Part shown: positions 18,048 through 25,832 of the stretch, in pieces
How the letters are laid out: each line of letters begins with the position of its first letter
How positions within the stretch are numbered: the first letter of the stretch is position 1
Origin: Patescibacteria group bacterium
GTDB taxonomy: Bacteria; Patescibacteriota; UBA1384; XYA2-FULL-43-10
DNA: 32,000 nt
Direction: 5' to 3'
Assembly: GCA_041674405.1 (NCBI GenBank)
Contig: JBAYVT010000005.1
Span: 30,001 to 62,000, forward strand
Notes under the pieces: generated by a model
What the model saw: only the letters and a program-made list of their open reading frames with translations
Database searches by the model: none
Told to the model about the DNA's origin: nothing
Made by a program: the position numbers and the translations under genes

Positions 18048-20516
18048 TTATAATGTGACTTTGCTAAAATATGAAAATTCCATCGCCTTAAGGGAAGACT
18101 CGTCAAGACTGACAGGGGTTCCAAAAGTTCCGGTAGCCGGGTCAAACGGCTTGAATTCGAAATTTGGGGCAGTAAAACTATCAAGTTGCAAGAATCTTCC
18201 AAATGAGCTTGCATACAACACACAATTACTCGCATAACCAGCGCCAGCTAAAGATTTTAAACTATCGACGAACTTATCCTTCTTTTTGTCTGTAATTCCG
18301 AATTTACCCTCAAGATTGTAATCATCCCCGCTCACATTTATATATGCATCAACTTCCCAGATTAGATCTTTGCCATCTTTATCGACATCTAGAATAACTA
18401 CATCAATATCTGCACCCGAAGGCAACATTGCAAGTTCGGCGATCCTTGGTGATTTGACAATCATCTTTTTGCTCGGAGCACCTTTGCTTACGCCAGTAAG
18501 GATATAATCACCGCCGAGCCTCTTTAGCTTTCCGGTAAACTTCTTGCCCAGATATTTTTCATAAGCTTCTTTATCAAATTCTTCTTCTGGCTCTATTTCT
18601 GGTGACGAACCTCTCCCTCTTGAAACAACATTGACTAAATTCCTATCAATAGTTCCTTCGGCAGTAAGTATGTCATCAAGTGAAAATTCCGGATGCGGAT
18701 TTACAGGCGTTGGCCCAGATAATTTTTTCCTATCCGCTTCCGTCATCTTAAATACAAGCCTGCCACTTGCATCAATATCGGTAATTTCAAATCTTCGGTC
18801 TCTTGTACCGATAACATATCCGGCAGGCAATGTGGTAAACATGACTGTCGCCCCGATCAGTTCTTGCTTTACATTTTCTTTATTTTCTTTAGTCTTGTCT
18901 CGCTTTTCTGCCTGCTTTTCCGACCGGTTCTCGGCATTTTCTTTGCGCCGGACATCTTTTGCTTCATCTGTAAGCCTTCTTTGCGCCTTTTCATTGCCCC
19001 TTTGGGCTTTATCAATACCCAAATATCCGGCAACAGCAGCCACTCCTACGCCTCCGGCAATTTTCGCCATAAGAGAAGCAGAAGCTGCATCAGCTGAAGA
19101 ATTGTGTGCTAAATCCAAGAAATCGGTGGCAAGCGAAGGATGGGAAAGAATAAAATGTTGAATATCAGGCGGGAAGGAAAGAAAGGTTTCCTTGTTGTCC
19201 ACAAGAAACTGGCCAAATTGTCCGCCATCCGGCATCGCCACTGACAAGTCTAAATTCGAATGGTCGGCAAGATTAAACATTTCGTGCAGATTGCCGGATT
19301 GAAGATATTGATTGAATGTGGCCTCATAGGTCGGGCCTAGTCCGGTGGCCTGATCAAACCCAAACAGAGCTCGATCCCCGCCAAATTCTTTAATTGCATT
19401 TATGTGTCCAACCATATCGATATGCTCAGGCGGAACCATGCCTTGTCCCATATCTTGGTTGTAAACATCAAAATTATTTTGCATCGTTTGGAAGTGTTGT
19501 AAATCTTCTTGGTATGCGGCATCAGTTAGTGATGCTCTCTTCGCATCCAATGCGTCATGGAGCACTTGCTCGTGAGACTGGGTGTGCAAAATATGCTCCG
19601 AAATCCAATCGTTCACCCCATGCATGCCGCCATGGTGTTGAGCATAGTCAACGACTGTTCCAATTACGCCTCCAAACGCCGCGCCAACCATTGCGCCCTT
19701 GACCGCAGTCATAATTTCCGCTTTGCGCTTTAATGCAAATATTTGATCATAGGTTTCTCTCGTCTCTTCTGAAGCCATTCTGGCTATCTCTTTAGATTCA
19801 TCTCCCGCATCAGCTAAAGCTTGGTCTATGCGCGACATAACCGGATTTAGCTCTTTATTCTCGGCCAATCTTTCGTTTCTACGATCTCTTAGAACTTCCT
19901 TCATCAATCGATATTTTGAAATATATTCGAGTTTGGCTTGTGCATTTCCACGCACATTTCTCGCATCCATCGCATTTTTCATAATACCAAGAGCAGTGTA
20001 TAAATCAGCTTCAGTCATCTTGGACATATCTGTTTTGCTCTTCGAAAGTATATCAAGGTTTGCCATCCAGGTAGCTGCAGATTCCTGCTGATTTCGGCCT
20101 CGCATCCAACCCCAAAATCCGCCGGCAGCACCACCACCAACTGCACTTGCAGCAGGGCCTGCGAGATGTAGTCCGGCACGCACACCTGTCCGTATTGCCA
20201 TACCCACGCCAACAGAGCCGACCATTCTGCCTGCCCAGTTGTTCCATACACCATTCCAAGCACCACGAATACCGCGCCGGGATGCGATTACTTGCAAAAG
20301 AATATTTGCATCAGAGTCCATTTCGGTCAAAATCGCCCTTACTGCCTCAGGATTGCGCAGCATCTCTGCGTGTTCTTTGGCAGCATCTTGCTCCACTAGG
20401 GTTCTTGGCTTCGCAAAACCATAGCTCGATCCCCAATCGTCTCGGTCGATAATACTACCGACTCGCTCGGCAATATCTTCGTTTACATCGGTGCGCCTTT
20501 CACCTCGTGTAGCCAA
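18048..20516 (-). CDS. Large hypothetical membrane-associated protein with Gly/Ala-rich hydrophobic segments
   Basis: ORF runs to a GTG at 20534, but AAGGGAGGG sits just upstream of an in-frame TTG at 20516, the more likely start. Hydrophobic VGSVGVGMAIRTG…, AVKGAMVGAAFGGVIGTVVDY, IAGGVGVAAVAGYLGI. Confidence 0.7.
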   Translation of the reverse strand: MATRGERRTDVNEDIAERVGSIIDRDDWGSSYGFAKPRTLVEQDAAKEHAEMLRNPEAVRAILTEMDSDANILLQVIASRRGIRGAWNGVWNNWAGRMVGSVGVGMAIRTGVRAGLHLAGPAASAVGGGAAGGFWGWMRGRNQQESAATWMANLDILSKSKTDMSKMTEADLYTALGIMKNAMDARNVRGNAQAKLEYISKYRLMKEVLRDRRNERLAENKELNPVMSRIDQALADAGDESKEIARMASEETRETYDQIFALKRKAEIMTAVKGAMVGAAFGGVIGTVVDYAQHHGGMHGVNDWISEHILHTQSHEQVLHDALDAKRASLTDAAYQEDLQHFQTMQNNFDVYNQDMGQGMVPPEHIDMVGHINAIKEFGGDRALFGFDQATGLGPTYEATFNQYLQSGNLHEMFNLADHSNLDLSVAMPDGGQFGQFLVDNKETFLSFPPDIQHFILSHPSLATDFLDLAHNSSADAASASLMAKIAGGVGVAAVAGYLGIDKAQRGNEKAQRRLTDEAKDVRRKENAENRSEKQAEKRDKTKENKENVKQELIGATVMFTTLPAGYVIGTRDRRFEITDIDASGRLVFKMTEADRKKLSGPTPVNPHPEFSLDDILTAEGTIDRNLVNVVSRGRGSSPEIEPEEEFDKEAYEKYLGKKFTGKLKRLGGDYILTGVSKGAPSKKMIVKSPRIAELAMLPSGADIDVVILDVDKDGKDLIWEVDAYINVSGDDYNLEGKFGITDKKKDKFVDSLKSLAGAGYASNCVLYASSFGRFLQLDSFTAPNFEFKPFDPATGTFGTPVSLDESSLKAMEFSYFSKVTL

Positions 20517-20544
20517 TTTCCCTCCCTTATTCACGCATAGAATA

Positions 20545-20553
20545 ATTATAGCA
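20545..20553 (-). promoter_or_regulatory. Extended -10 element TGCTATAAT for the 18048..20516 gene
   Basis: Minus strand TTTTTGCTATAATTATTC; TG-n-TATAAT. No good -35 was seen. Confidence 0.4.
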
Positions 20554-20620
20554 AAAACAATTGGGAATGAAACCCGATTCTTTGTACAAAATTATTGTAG
20601 CAAACATATTTGCAAAACAA

Positions 20621-20657
20621 AAGCAAAAAACGGCCGCCCGGAGGGCAACCGCTTTTG
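20621..20657 (-). terminator. Strong intrinsic terminator of the GC-rich transcription unit
   Basis: Minus strand: GCAAAAG CGGTTGCCC TCC GGGCGGCCG TTTTTTGC. A 9-bp stem (two G-T pairs), triloop and T6; flanking GCAAAA/TTTTGC can extend the stem. Confidence 0.85.
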
Positions 20658-20712
20658 CGTGCGATCATTTTGTACTTCTTCCCAGTATGATCAAACTGGG
20701 GAATGTAGCACG

Positions 20713-21555
20713 TTACGGTCTCGTACCAGTGCTTCGGAAGCGAATGCCCCCGATGCGAACGCGGAACTCGTAGTTAGTCCCGGCAGGAGCCTGCTGTTCC
20801 CACTCTTCCCACAGGTTACCAGCCATGCGAACGATATTCGGCCAGAACAACCATACCAGCAGGCCGATAACACCTCCGATGACCAGGACCAGGACCGCCC
20901 AGCGCCAGACCTCCCCTCTGACCTGAGCGCCCGTCATAGGCGGCGCAGCCGGGGCCTGGACGGCCGGCATGATCGTAGCAGGAGCGACAGGTACCGGCAC
21001 GGACGGAAGCGGCGCGATCTGCGGCTGGGCCGCAGGGGGCGCCAAGGGGGCGGCGGCCGGGGCCTGCGGAGTCTGGACCGGCGCAGGTGTCGTGGCAGTG
21101 GGCGGGGCGGTGGGAGCAGAAGCAGGATCGGTCTTGGTCGGCGCATCCGTCGTCTTGAGGACATAGCGCTTGTCCAGCTGGCCCTGCGTCTTGTAGCCCC
21201 AATCCTGCAACCAGGCGTTGGAAGCGGTCTGTCCCGCAGGGGGCAGCCCGTTAATCCCATGCTGCTCCAGGTTATCTACCCGGCCACCCAGGGCGTTGAG
21301 CTGCCCCTGGAGGTGGCTGATGTTCCCAGACGCCCGGCGGGCACGGGGAACATCGCGGTGGATCGTGGCCTGAGCTAGCTCCTGCCTTGCGGTGGCAAGC
21401 TGGCCCTGCAGGCTGGCGATCTCGGCGTCCTTCGCCGCGATCTGCGCGGCGTTGTTGGTCGGAGCCGGAATCGGCCCCTGTGCCAAGACGGCGCAAGCAG
21501 ACAAAACGACCAGGAACAAAACGGCTATCAGGTTGTGGGTGGTGAAGTTTTTCAC
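20713..21555 (-). CDS. GC-rich secreted/membrane protein: signal peptide, coiled coil, Pro/Ala-rich linker, C-terminal TM
   Basis: GTG start with SD AGAGAGG; MKNFTTHNLIAVLFLVVLSACAVLAQG signal (possible lipobox LSAC); long P/A tract; TM RWAVLVLVIGGVIGLLVWLFWP. Flanked by its own promoter and terminator. Confidence 0.75.
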   Translation of the reverse strand: MKNFTTHNLIAVLFLVVLSACAVLAQGPIPAPTNNAAQIAAKDAEIASLQGQLATARQELAQATIHRDVPRARRASGNISHLQGQLNALGGRVDNLEQHGINGLPPAGQTASNAWLQDWGYKTQGQLDKRYVLKTTDAPTKTDPASAPTAPPTATTPAPVQTPQAPAAAPLAPPAAQPQIAPLPSVPVPVAPATIMPAVQAPAAPPMTGAQVRGEVWRWAVLVLVIGGVIGLLVWLFWPNIVRMAGNLWEEWEQQAPAGTNYEFRVRIGGIRFRSTGTRP

Positions 21556-21797
21556 TTCAACCTCTCTTTCTGCCCTTCTCGAGGGCTATCGCAATAGCGC
21601 TCGAGGTCGGACAGGTATTTGTCTTCCTCGGAGCAATGTATCTGCCAGCATTCGCGCCAGAATAATGATCACGCCAGAATTACGCTGATCTTGCATTCAC
21701 ATTGCTTCGAAGAAGTATATATTGTTAAGGTGCCATCGCTCTCAGTATCCCACTTCGCTACGCTCCGCGGGATTATTAGGCTAAAGCCTAATAAAAA

Positions 21798-21890
21798 GTG
21801 CGATAAGGTGCTGTACAACAACACGGGTGGAGGGGGAACCCATGGCTCAAACGACGAATCGTTTGAATGTCATACAGCACGCTACCGCAC
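21798..21890 (-). repeat. Structured element copy 2: imperfect 18-nt outer stem, UUCG hairpin, C-rich-loop hairpin
   Basis: Outer arms 21798-21815 / 21873-21890 (15 of 18 complementary). Inner TCAAACGA-TTCG-TCGTTTGA (21847-21866) and CAtGGGT-TCCCCCTCC-ACCCgTG type stem (about 21822-21844). Confidence 0.8.
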
Positions 21891-21907
21891 TAATATTTCA
21901 GGAAAGT

Positions 21908-22011
21908 GTGCGACATTGTGCCGGATAGCAGTCACAGGCGGAGGGGGAACCTGTGTCTCGATATGTTTCCGAAGAAACAATCAAGAAAGCTATCCAGCAC
22001 GATGTCGCACA
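21908..22011 (-). repeat. Structured element copy 1: 23-nt outer stem with 2 imperfect positions, UUCG hairpin, C-rich-loop hairpin
   Basis: Plus arms TGTGCGACATTGTGCCGGATAGC (21908-21930) / GCTATCCAGCACGATGTCGCACA (21989-22011). Inner minus hairpins TGTTTC-TTCG-GAAACA (21964-21979) and CACAGG-TTCCCCCTCCG-CCTGTG (21934-21956). Confidence 0.85.
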
Positions 22012-22068
22012 ATGTTGTAATTTCCCTTCCAAGAGCTTAAGATCCCTCTCTCACCCTCGGAACACGCT

Positions 22069-22097
22069 ATTGTAGCATATACTATAAATTTTGTCAA
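22069..22097 (-). promoter_or_regulatory. Consensus sigma-70 promoter TTGACA - 17 nt - TACAAT
   Basis: Minus strand TCTTGACAAAATTTATAGTATATGCTACAATAGCG; perfect -35, near-perfect -10, optimal spacing. Confidence 0.9.
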
Positions 22098-22196
22098 GAC
22101 CTTTAATTTATTACTTTCTAAAATAAATTGTAGTGTGATAAAATATTGATGTAATTATAAAAAGCTCTATTTTGAAAGAATAAAAGAAAGGAAGAT

Positions 22197-23660
22197 ATGG
22201 GAATATTTGACCGATTCCGCGGCGGCGGAAAACCAAGTGATCCAACGATAAATATTGAAAAAGAAGATTTGCAGCCGACAGACAAAGAAATTAAAGAAGC
22301 CAATAAGACCAAAATGGATGAGGCTCTCAATGACCCCAAATTTACGGCGTTTCTTGAAAAATTTGGCGATACTGAAACAGTTGATGTAGGTGAAGATAGT
22401 TCGGAAATTCTTGAACGTTATGAAATGTATCAGACAATCGGTTCTGCTTCAAAAGAAATTAAGTCAGTATTGCGCGAAGAAATATTTGCCGACACCCAAA
22501 TAAATCTCACTGACAAGGAGTTGGAATGTGTTAATGAGTTCATGGAAAGCTTGGCAGTCGAAGGCGGCAAAGGCACAATAGAGACTATCACCAAGACTAT
22601 GGCCGAATTTAGAGAACTCAAGCGGCAAATTGAAACAGAAGAACAAGGTCTATCTCAACGATCCGAGGCATTTGAAAAGAGAAAAGCCGCATTTGACGCA
22701 GCCAAAGATATCAAGCCCTATAAACGTGTATTGGAAAGATTTTTAAGCAAAGACGAAGCTGGGGCAATTCAGGAAGCGAGAAAAGCCGGCGTTGAGGTAG
22801 CCGGTTTCGGCAATCGTAATTTGGCGGCTAAGGAAGAAGAATTTAAAACCGAAGGATCCACCATAGACAATCTCAAATCTGCACAGGAAGCGAGGCGCAA
22901 ACAATGTGCCGAAGCAAGAGAAGTGCTTCTTGGGCAGTTTGCCGAAGATTCCGGAGCAATGAACGCAATACGGCAAAAGATTGCTGACCGCCTCACCGGC
23001 ATGGTGACCGAAGAAAGCAAGGCGGGCAAACTCGATGACGCACAATCACAGCTCGAACAATTCAAGTCAGTAGATAGCCGCTATGTCGACGAGGAAAGAT
23101 TGGGCGAAGATTTTCAGAAAGAATTGGATAAATACTTAAAAGAACGCCTCGGTGAAATGATCAAAACCACCCTAGGAAAACTAAAATCTGAGCGCGGTCA
23201 GCTAGATACGGCAAGAAGAAATTTAGACCAATTCTTCAAACGCGAGGTGATGGGTTCTGCTTCCGGTGAAGAAGTAAAGGAATTTGTCGGCCAAACCATC
23301 ACAGAGGCTTATAAAGATTTGAGCTATCCACAAAAGCTTCTGGTACGAAAAGTTTGTGCAGAAAATGGGATCGATTTAGCAAATTATGTTACAAAGACAG
23401 AACCTAAGCCTGAAGATGATGAAGAAACCAAAGGTGGTTCGAAGGATTCCGAATCCTCTGTAACAGGGTCTGTGGAAGCCGAAAAACAGGAATCACCTGC
23501 TGGATGGCATGTTGAAGATGGAGTTTGGGTTCGCGATACAGCTCCTGCTTCAGCAGAAAATCCAGGCGCGGATGGTCCAAAAATTATTAACCCGACAAAA
23601 GCTTCTACTCCTGAAACATCAGCAGAAAATCCTGATGCCGGCCATGATCAAGCTATTTAA
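22197..23660 (+). CDS. Hypothetical coiled-coil protein with acidic low-complexity C-terminus
   Basis: SD AAAGGAAG upstream of ATG; K/E-rich helices (RQIETEEQGLSQRSEAFEKRKAAF…); disordered C-term. Confidence 0.75.
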   Translation: MGIFDRFRGGGKPSDPTINIEKEDLQPTDKEIKEANKTKMDEALNDPKFTAFLEKFGDTETVDVGEDSSEILERYEMYQTIGSASKEIKSVLREEIFADTQINLTDKELECVNEFMESLAVEGGKGTIETITKTMAEFRELKRQIETEEQGLSQRSEAFEKRKAAFDAAKDIKPYKRVLERFLSKDEAGAIQEARKAGVEVAGFGNRNLAAKEEEFKTEGSTIDNLKSAQEARRKQCAEAREVLLGQFAEDSGAMNAIRQKIADRLTGMVTEESKAGKLDDAQSQLEQFKSVDSRYVDEERLGEDFQKELDKYLKERLGEMIKTTLGKLKSERGQLDTARRNLDQFFKREVMGSASGEEVKEFVGQTITEAYKDLSYPQKLLVRKVCAENGIDLANYVTKTEPKPEDDEETKGGSKDSESSVTGSVEAEKQESPAGWHVEDGVWVRDTAPASAENPGADGPKIINPTKASTPETSAENPDAGHDQAI

Positions 23661-23680
23661 TTAATTTTTGAAGGAAAATT

Positions 23681-23971
23681 ATGGCAAATAACATTGAAGA
23701 AATTGAAAAATTGCTAAAAGAAGGCAAGAAAGACGAAGCTAAAAAATTGATCACCGATCTCGTCTCTCAAGACATGAGCGACAAAGAAAGAGGCTCAGTA
23801 TATACCGATCTAGCCCTTGCTTACATGGAGATCAGCAATGAAATTAATCGAAAATATCTGGAAGAATTGCGAGAAATTTCTGCCGGTTTAAAAGAAATTG
23901 ACCAAATCGATACAGCTAACAACTCCGAGTTCGAAAAAGCTCAGGCACGCAAGAATATTTTAGACTCGTAA
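23681..23971 (+). CDS. Small helical hypothetical protein
   Basis: SD AAGGAAA; MANNIEEIEKLLKEGKKDEAKKLITDLVSQDMSDKERGSVYTDLALAYME…; 20 nt downstream of the previous gene. Confidence 0.7.
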   Translation: MANNIEEIEKLLKEGKKDEAKKLITDLVSQDMSDKERGSVYTDLALAYMEISNEINRKYLEELREISAGLKEIDQIDTANNSEFEKAQARKNILDS

Positions 23972-23973
23972 AT

Positions 23974-25194
23974 TTATTTTTCTTTCAAAGATCGCATTAG
24001 TTCTAAATATGCCCAAAGGTTGTGGAGTGTTGCAAGCCGCAGCCCCAGTATTTCGTTTTCACGCAAAAGATGTGAAATATATGCTCTCGAAAATCCGCCA
24101 ATACATGCCAAACAGCCGCAATTTTTGTCAATCGGCATAGGATCGGTACGGAACTTCGAATTCATCAGATTTACCAATGAATAGCTTCCGGAGTCATTAT
24201 TTTTTTGTTTTTCGTTATTAGCTTTGATGTAGACGCTTCCGTGGCGGGCTAATCTTGTTGGTAAGACACAGTCGAACATATCCATGCCCAGCTTTGTTGC
24301 TTTTATAATATCATCCGGCGTTCCCACACCCATGAGATATCTGGGCTTATTTACCGGCAATATCTCCCCCATTAGTTTTACAGTTTTCCACATGTTGCGA
24401 GTTTCATGATCAACTGCTAATCCACCCACAGAATAACCATCGAAACCAAGGGCAATCATTTCTTTGGCACATTGCCTGCGCAGGTCAAGGTCAAGCCCAC
24501 CCTGGACAATGCCAAATAGCGCGGGCTTCGCCCGCTCATTGTTGTATTGTTGTATTGTTGTATTGTTTTCATCAGCAATTTGACAATTTGACAATTTAGC
24601 CATTTGACTATCGAAATATTTTTTCGATCGTCTTGCCCATTCGATTGAAAGGAGCGAAGCCTTCTCGACTTCCTTTGCACTCGCCTTTCCGCTTGGACAC
24701 CAGTCGAGCGGCATCATAATATCCACCCCGAGATCAAGCTGAATCTGGACAACCTTCTCTGGAGTAAAAAAATGTTTCGAACCATCTAAAAAAGAGGTGA
24801 ATTCGACGCCATCATCTTTTATTTTGACGAGTGAATTTCTTCCTTCTCCGCGCTCTCCCAGAGAAAAAACCTGATATCCGCCGGAATCAGTAAGGATCGG
24901 CTTATTCCAACCCATGAACTTGTGAATTCCGCCGAGCTTCTTAATCAGTTTCTCGCCCGGACGCAAATAAAGATGGTAAGTATTGGCAAGTACAATCTGT
25001 GCACCAAGACTTTTAAGCTCTTCCGGTGAAACTCCTTTTACACTGGCTTTCGTGCCAACAGGCATAAAAAAAGGAGTCGAGATCTCGCCATGCGCCGTCT
25101 CAATTTCGCCGACTCTCACACCGCTCTTTAGTTTTTCTTTTAACTTAAATTTCATGCTTTTAGAATCAAATTCAACGATACGATATATTATCAA
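23974..25194 (-). CDS. tgt: tRNA-guanine (queuine) transglycosylase
   Basis: GVSPEELKSLGAQIVLANTYHLYLRPG, LTDSGGYQVFSL, VQLDLGVDIMMPLDWC, ALFGIVQGG, GFDGYSVGGLAV, CGCLACIGGFSRAYISHLLRENEILGLRLATLHN. Confidence 0.93.
   Translation of the reverse strand: MIIYRIVEFDSKSMKFKLKEKLKSGVRVGEIETAHGEISTPFFMPVGTKASVKGVSPEELKSLGAQIVLANTYHLYLRPGEKLIKKLGGIHKFMGWNKPILTDSGGYQVFSLGERGEGRNSLVKIKDDGVEFTSFLDGSKHFFTPEKVVQIQLDLGVDIMMPLDWCPSGKASAKEVEKASLLSIEWARRSKKYFDSQMAKLSNCQIADENNTTIQQYNNERAKPALFGIVQGGLDLDLRRQCAKEMIALGFDGYSVGGLAVDHETRNMWKTVKLMGEILPVNKPRYLMGVGTPDDIIKATKLGMDMFDCVLPTRLARHGSVYIKANNEKQKNNDSGSYSLVNLMNSKFRTDPMPIDKNCGCLACIGGFSRAYISHLLRENEILGLRLATLHNLWAYLELMRSLKEK
24538..24609. repeat. Two clusters of short ~8-bp tandem repeats inside tgt: (ATTGTTGT)x3 and AATTTGAC-type units
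   Basis: attgttgtattgttgtattgttgtattgtt then caatttgacaatttgacaatttagccatttgac; encodes an insertion NCQIADENNTTIQQYNNE. Confidence 0.75.
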
Positions 25195-25216
25195 AATTTA
25201 TCTTGAAGATTGTATC

Positions 25217-25254
25217 AAAAACGACCCAAACTCTCAAGAGAGCGGGCCGTTTTT
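25217..25254 (-). terminator. Intrinsic terminator after rplL
   Basis: Minus strand AAAACGGCCCGCTCTCTTGAGAGTTTGGGTCGTTTTTG; the two arms pair across the CTCTC/GAGAG core and are followed by a T-run. Confidence 0.8.
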
Positions 25255-25289
25255 GTTTACAATACCTTAGCTATAACTAGATATCGTAA

Positions 25290-25832
25290 TTATTTCAATT
25301 CAACTGTTGCGCCGGCTTCTTCAAGCTTCTTCTTGGCGGCTTCAGCATCTTCTTTTTTCATGCCTTTAGCAAGCTCTTTTGGAGCGCCGTCAACTAAATC
25401 TTTGGCTTCTTTAAGACCAAGATCGGGCTTGATTTCACGCACAGCCTTAATAACTTGGATTTTCTTGTCTCCGGCTGAAGCAAGAATTACGTCGTATTCC
25501 GACTTCTCTTCCGCTGCTTCTGCTGCACCGGCACCACCAGCTGCTACTGCGCCGGCCATTGCGACTGGGGCAGCTGCAGAGACACCAAATCTCTCTTCAA
25601 GCTCTTTGACAAGTTCTGAAAGCTCAAGCACGGAAAGATTCTCAATCTCTTTAATAAGATCTTTAAATTTGCCGGATGGAGCTGGTTTTTCAGCTTTTTC
25701 TTCCGCTTTTGGCTCTTCTTCTTTGGCCTCTTCTTTAGCTTCCTCTTTGACTTCCTCGGCCGGGGCTTCGGTAGTCTCGGTTTCTTGCGTTGCCTCGACG
25801 GCAACTTCTTCTTTTTTCTCTTCGTCTGCCAT
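25290..25832 (-). CDS. rplL: Large ribosomal subunit protein bL12 (L7/L12), with an acidic N-terminal extension
   Basis: [32 protein letters not shown]…[72 protein letters not shown]. Confidence 0.95.
   Translation of the reverse strand: MADEEKKEEVAVEATQETETTEAPAEEVKEEAKEEAKEEEPKAEEKAEKPAPSGKFKDLIKEIENLSVLELSELVKELEERFGVSAAAPVAMAGAVAAGGAGAAEAAEEKSEYDVILASAGDKKIQVIKAVREIKPDLGLKEAKDLVDGAPKELAKGMKKEDAEAAKKKLEEAGATVELK

Larger units (their letters stand above)
21556..22062 (-). ncRNA. Candidate ~500-nt structured 5' leader or ncRNA with tandem three-way-junction-like elements
   Basis: Transcribed region predicted between the promoter at 22069-22097 and the GTG at 21555. Contains consecutive inverted repeats at 21908..22011, 21798..21890, 21773..21794, 21628..21710 and 21578..21605. 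Confidence 0.65.

Noticed and set aside
20491-21378. 295-aa plus-strand ORF overlapping the GC-rich gene
   Set aside because: Arg-rich, low-complexity antisense translation. The minus-strand ORF has a signal peptide, TM, SD, promoter and terminator; long antisense ORFs are expected in GC-rich DNA.
21842-21928. Tiny plus-strand ORF MAQTTNRLNVIQHATALIFQESVRHCAG preceded by GGAGGGGGAAC, and a similar one after the second GGAGGGGGAACC
   Set aside because: The SD-like strings are the complements of the hairpin loops and the ORFs run through the stem arms. The strong promoter is on the minus strand, so RNA structure explains the repeats better than coding.
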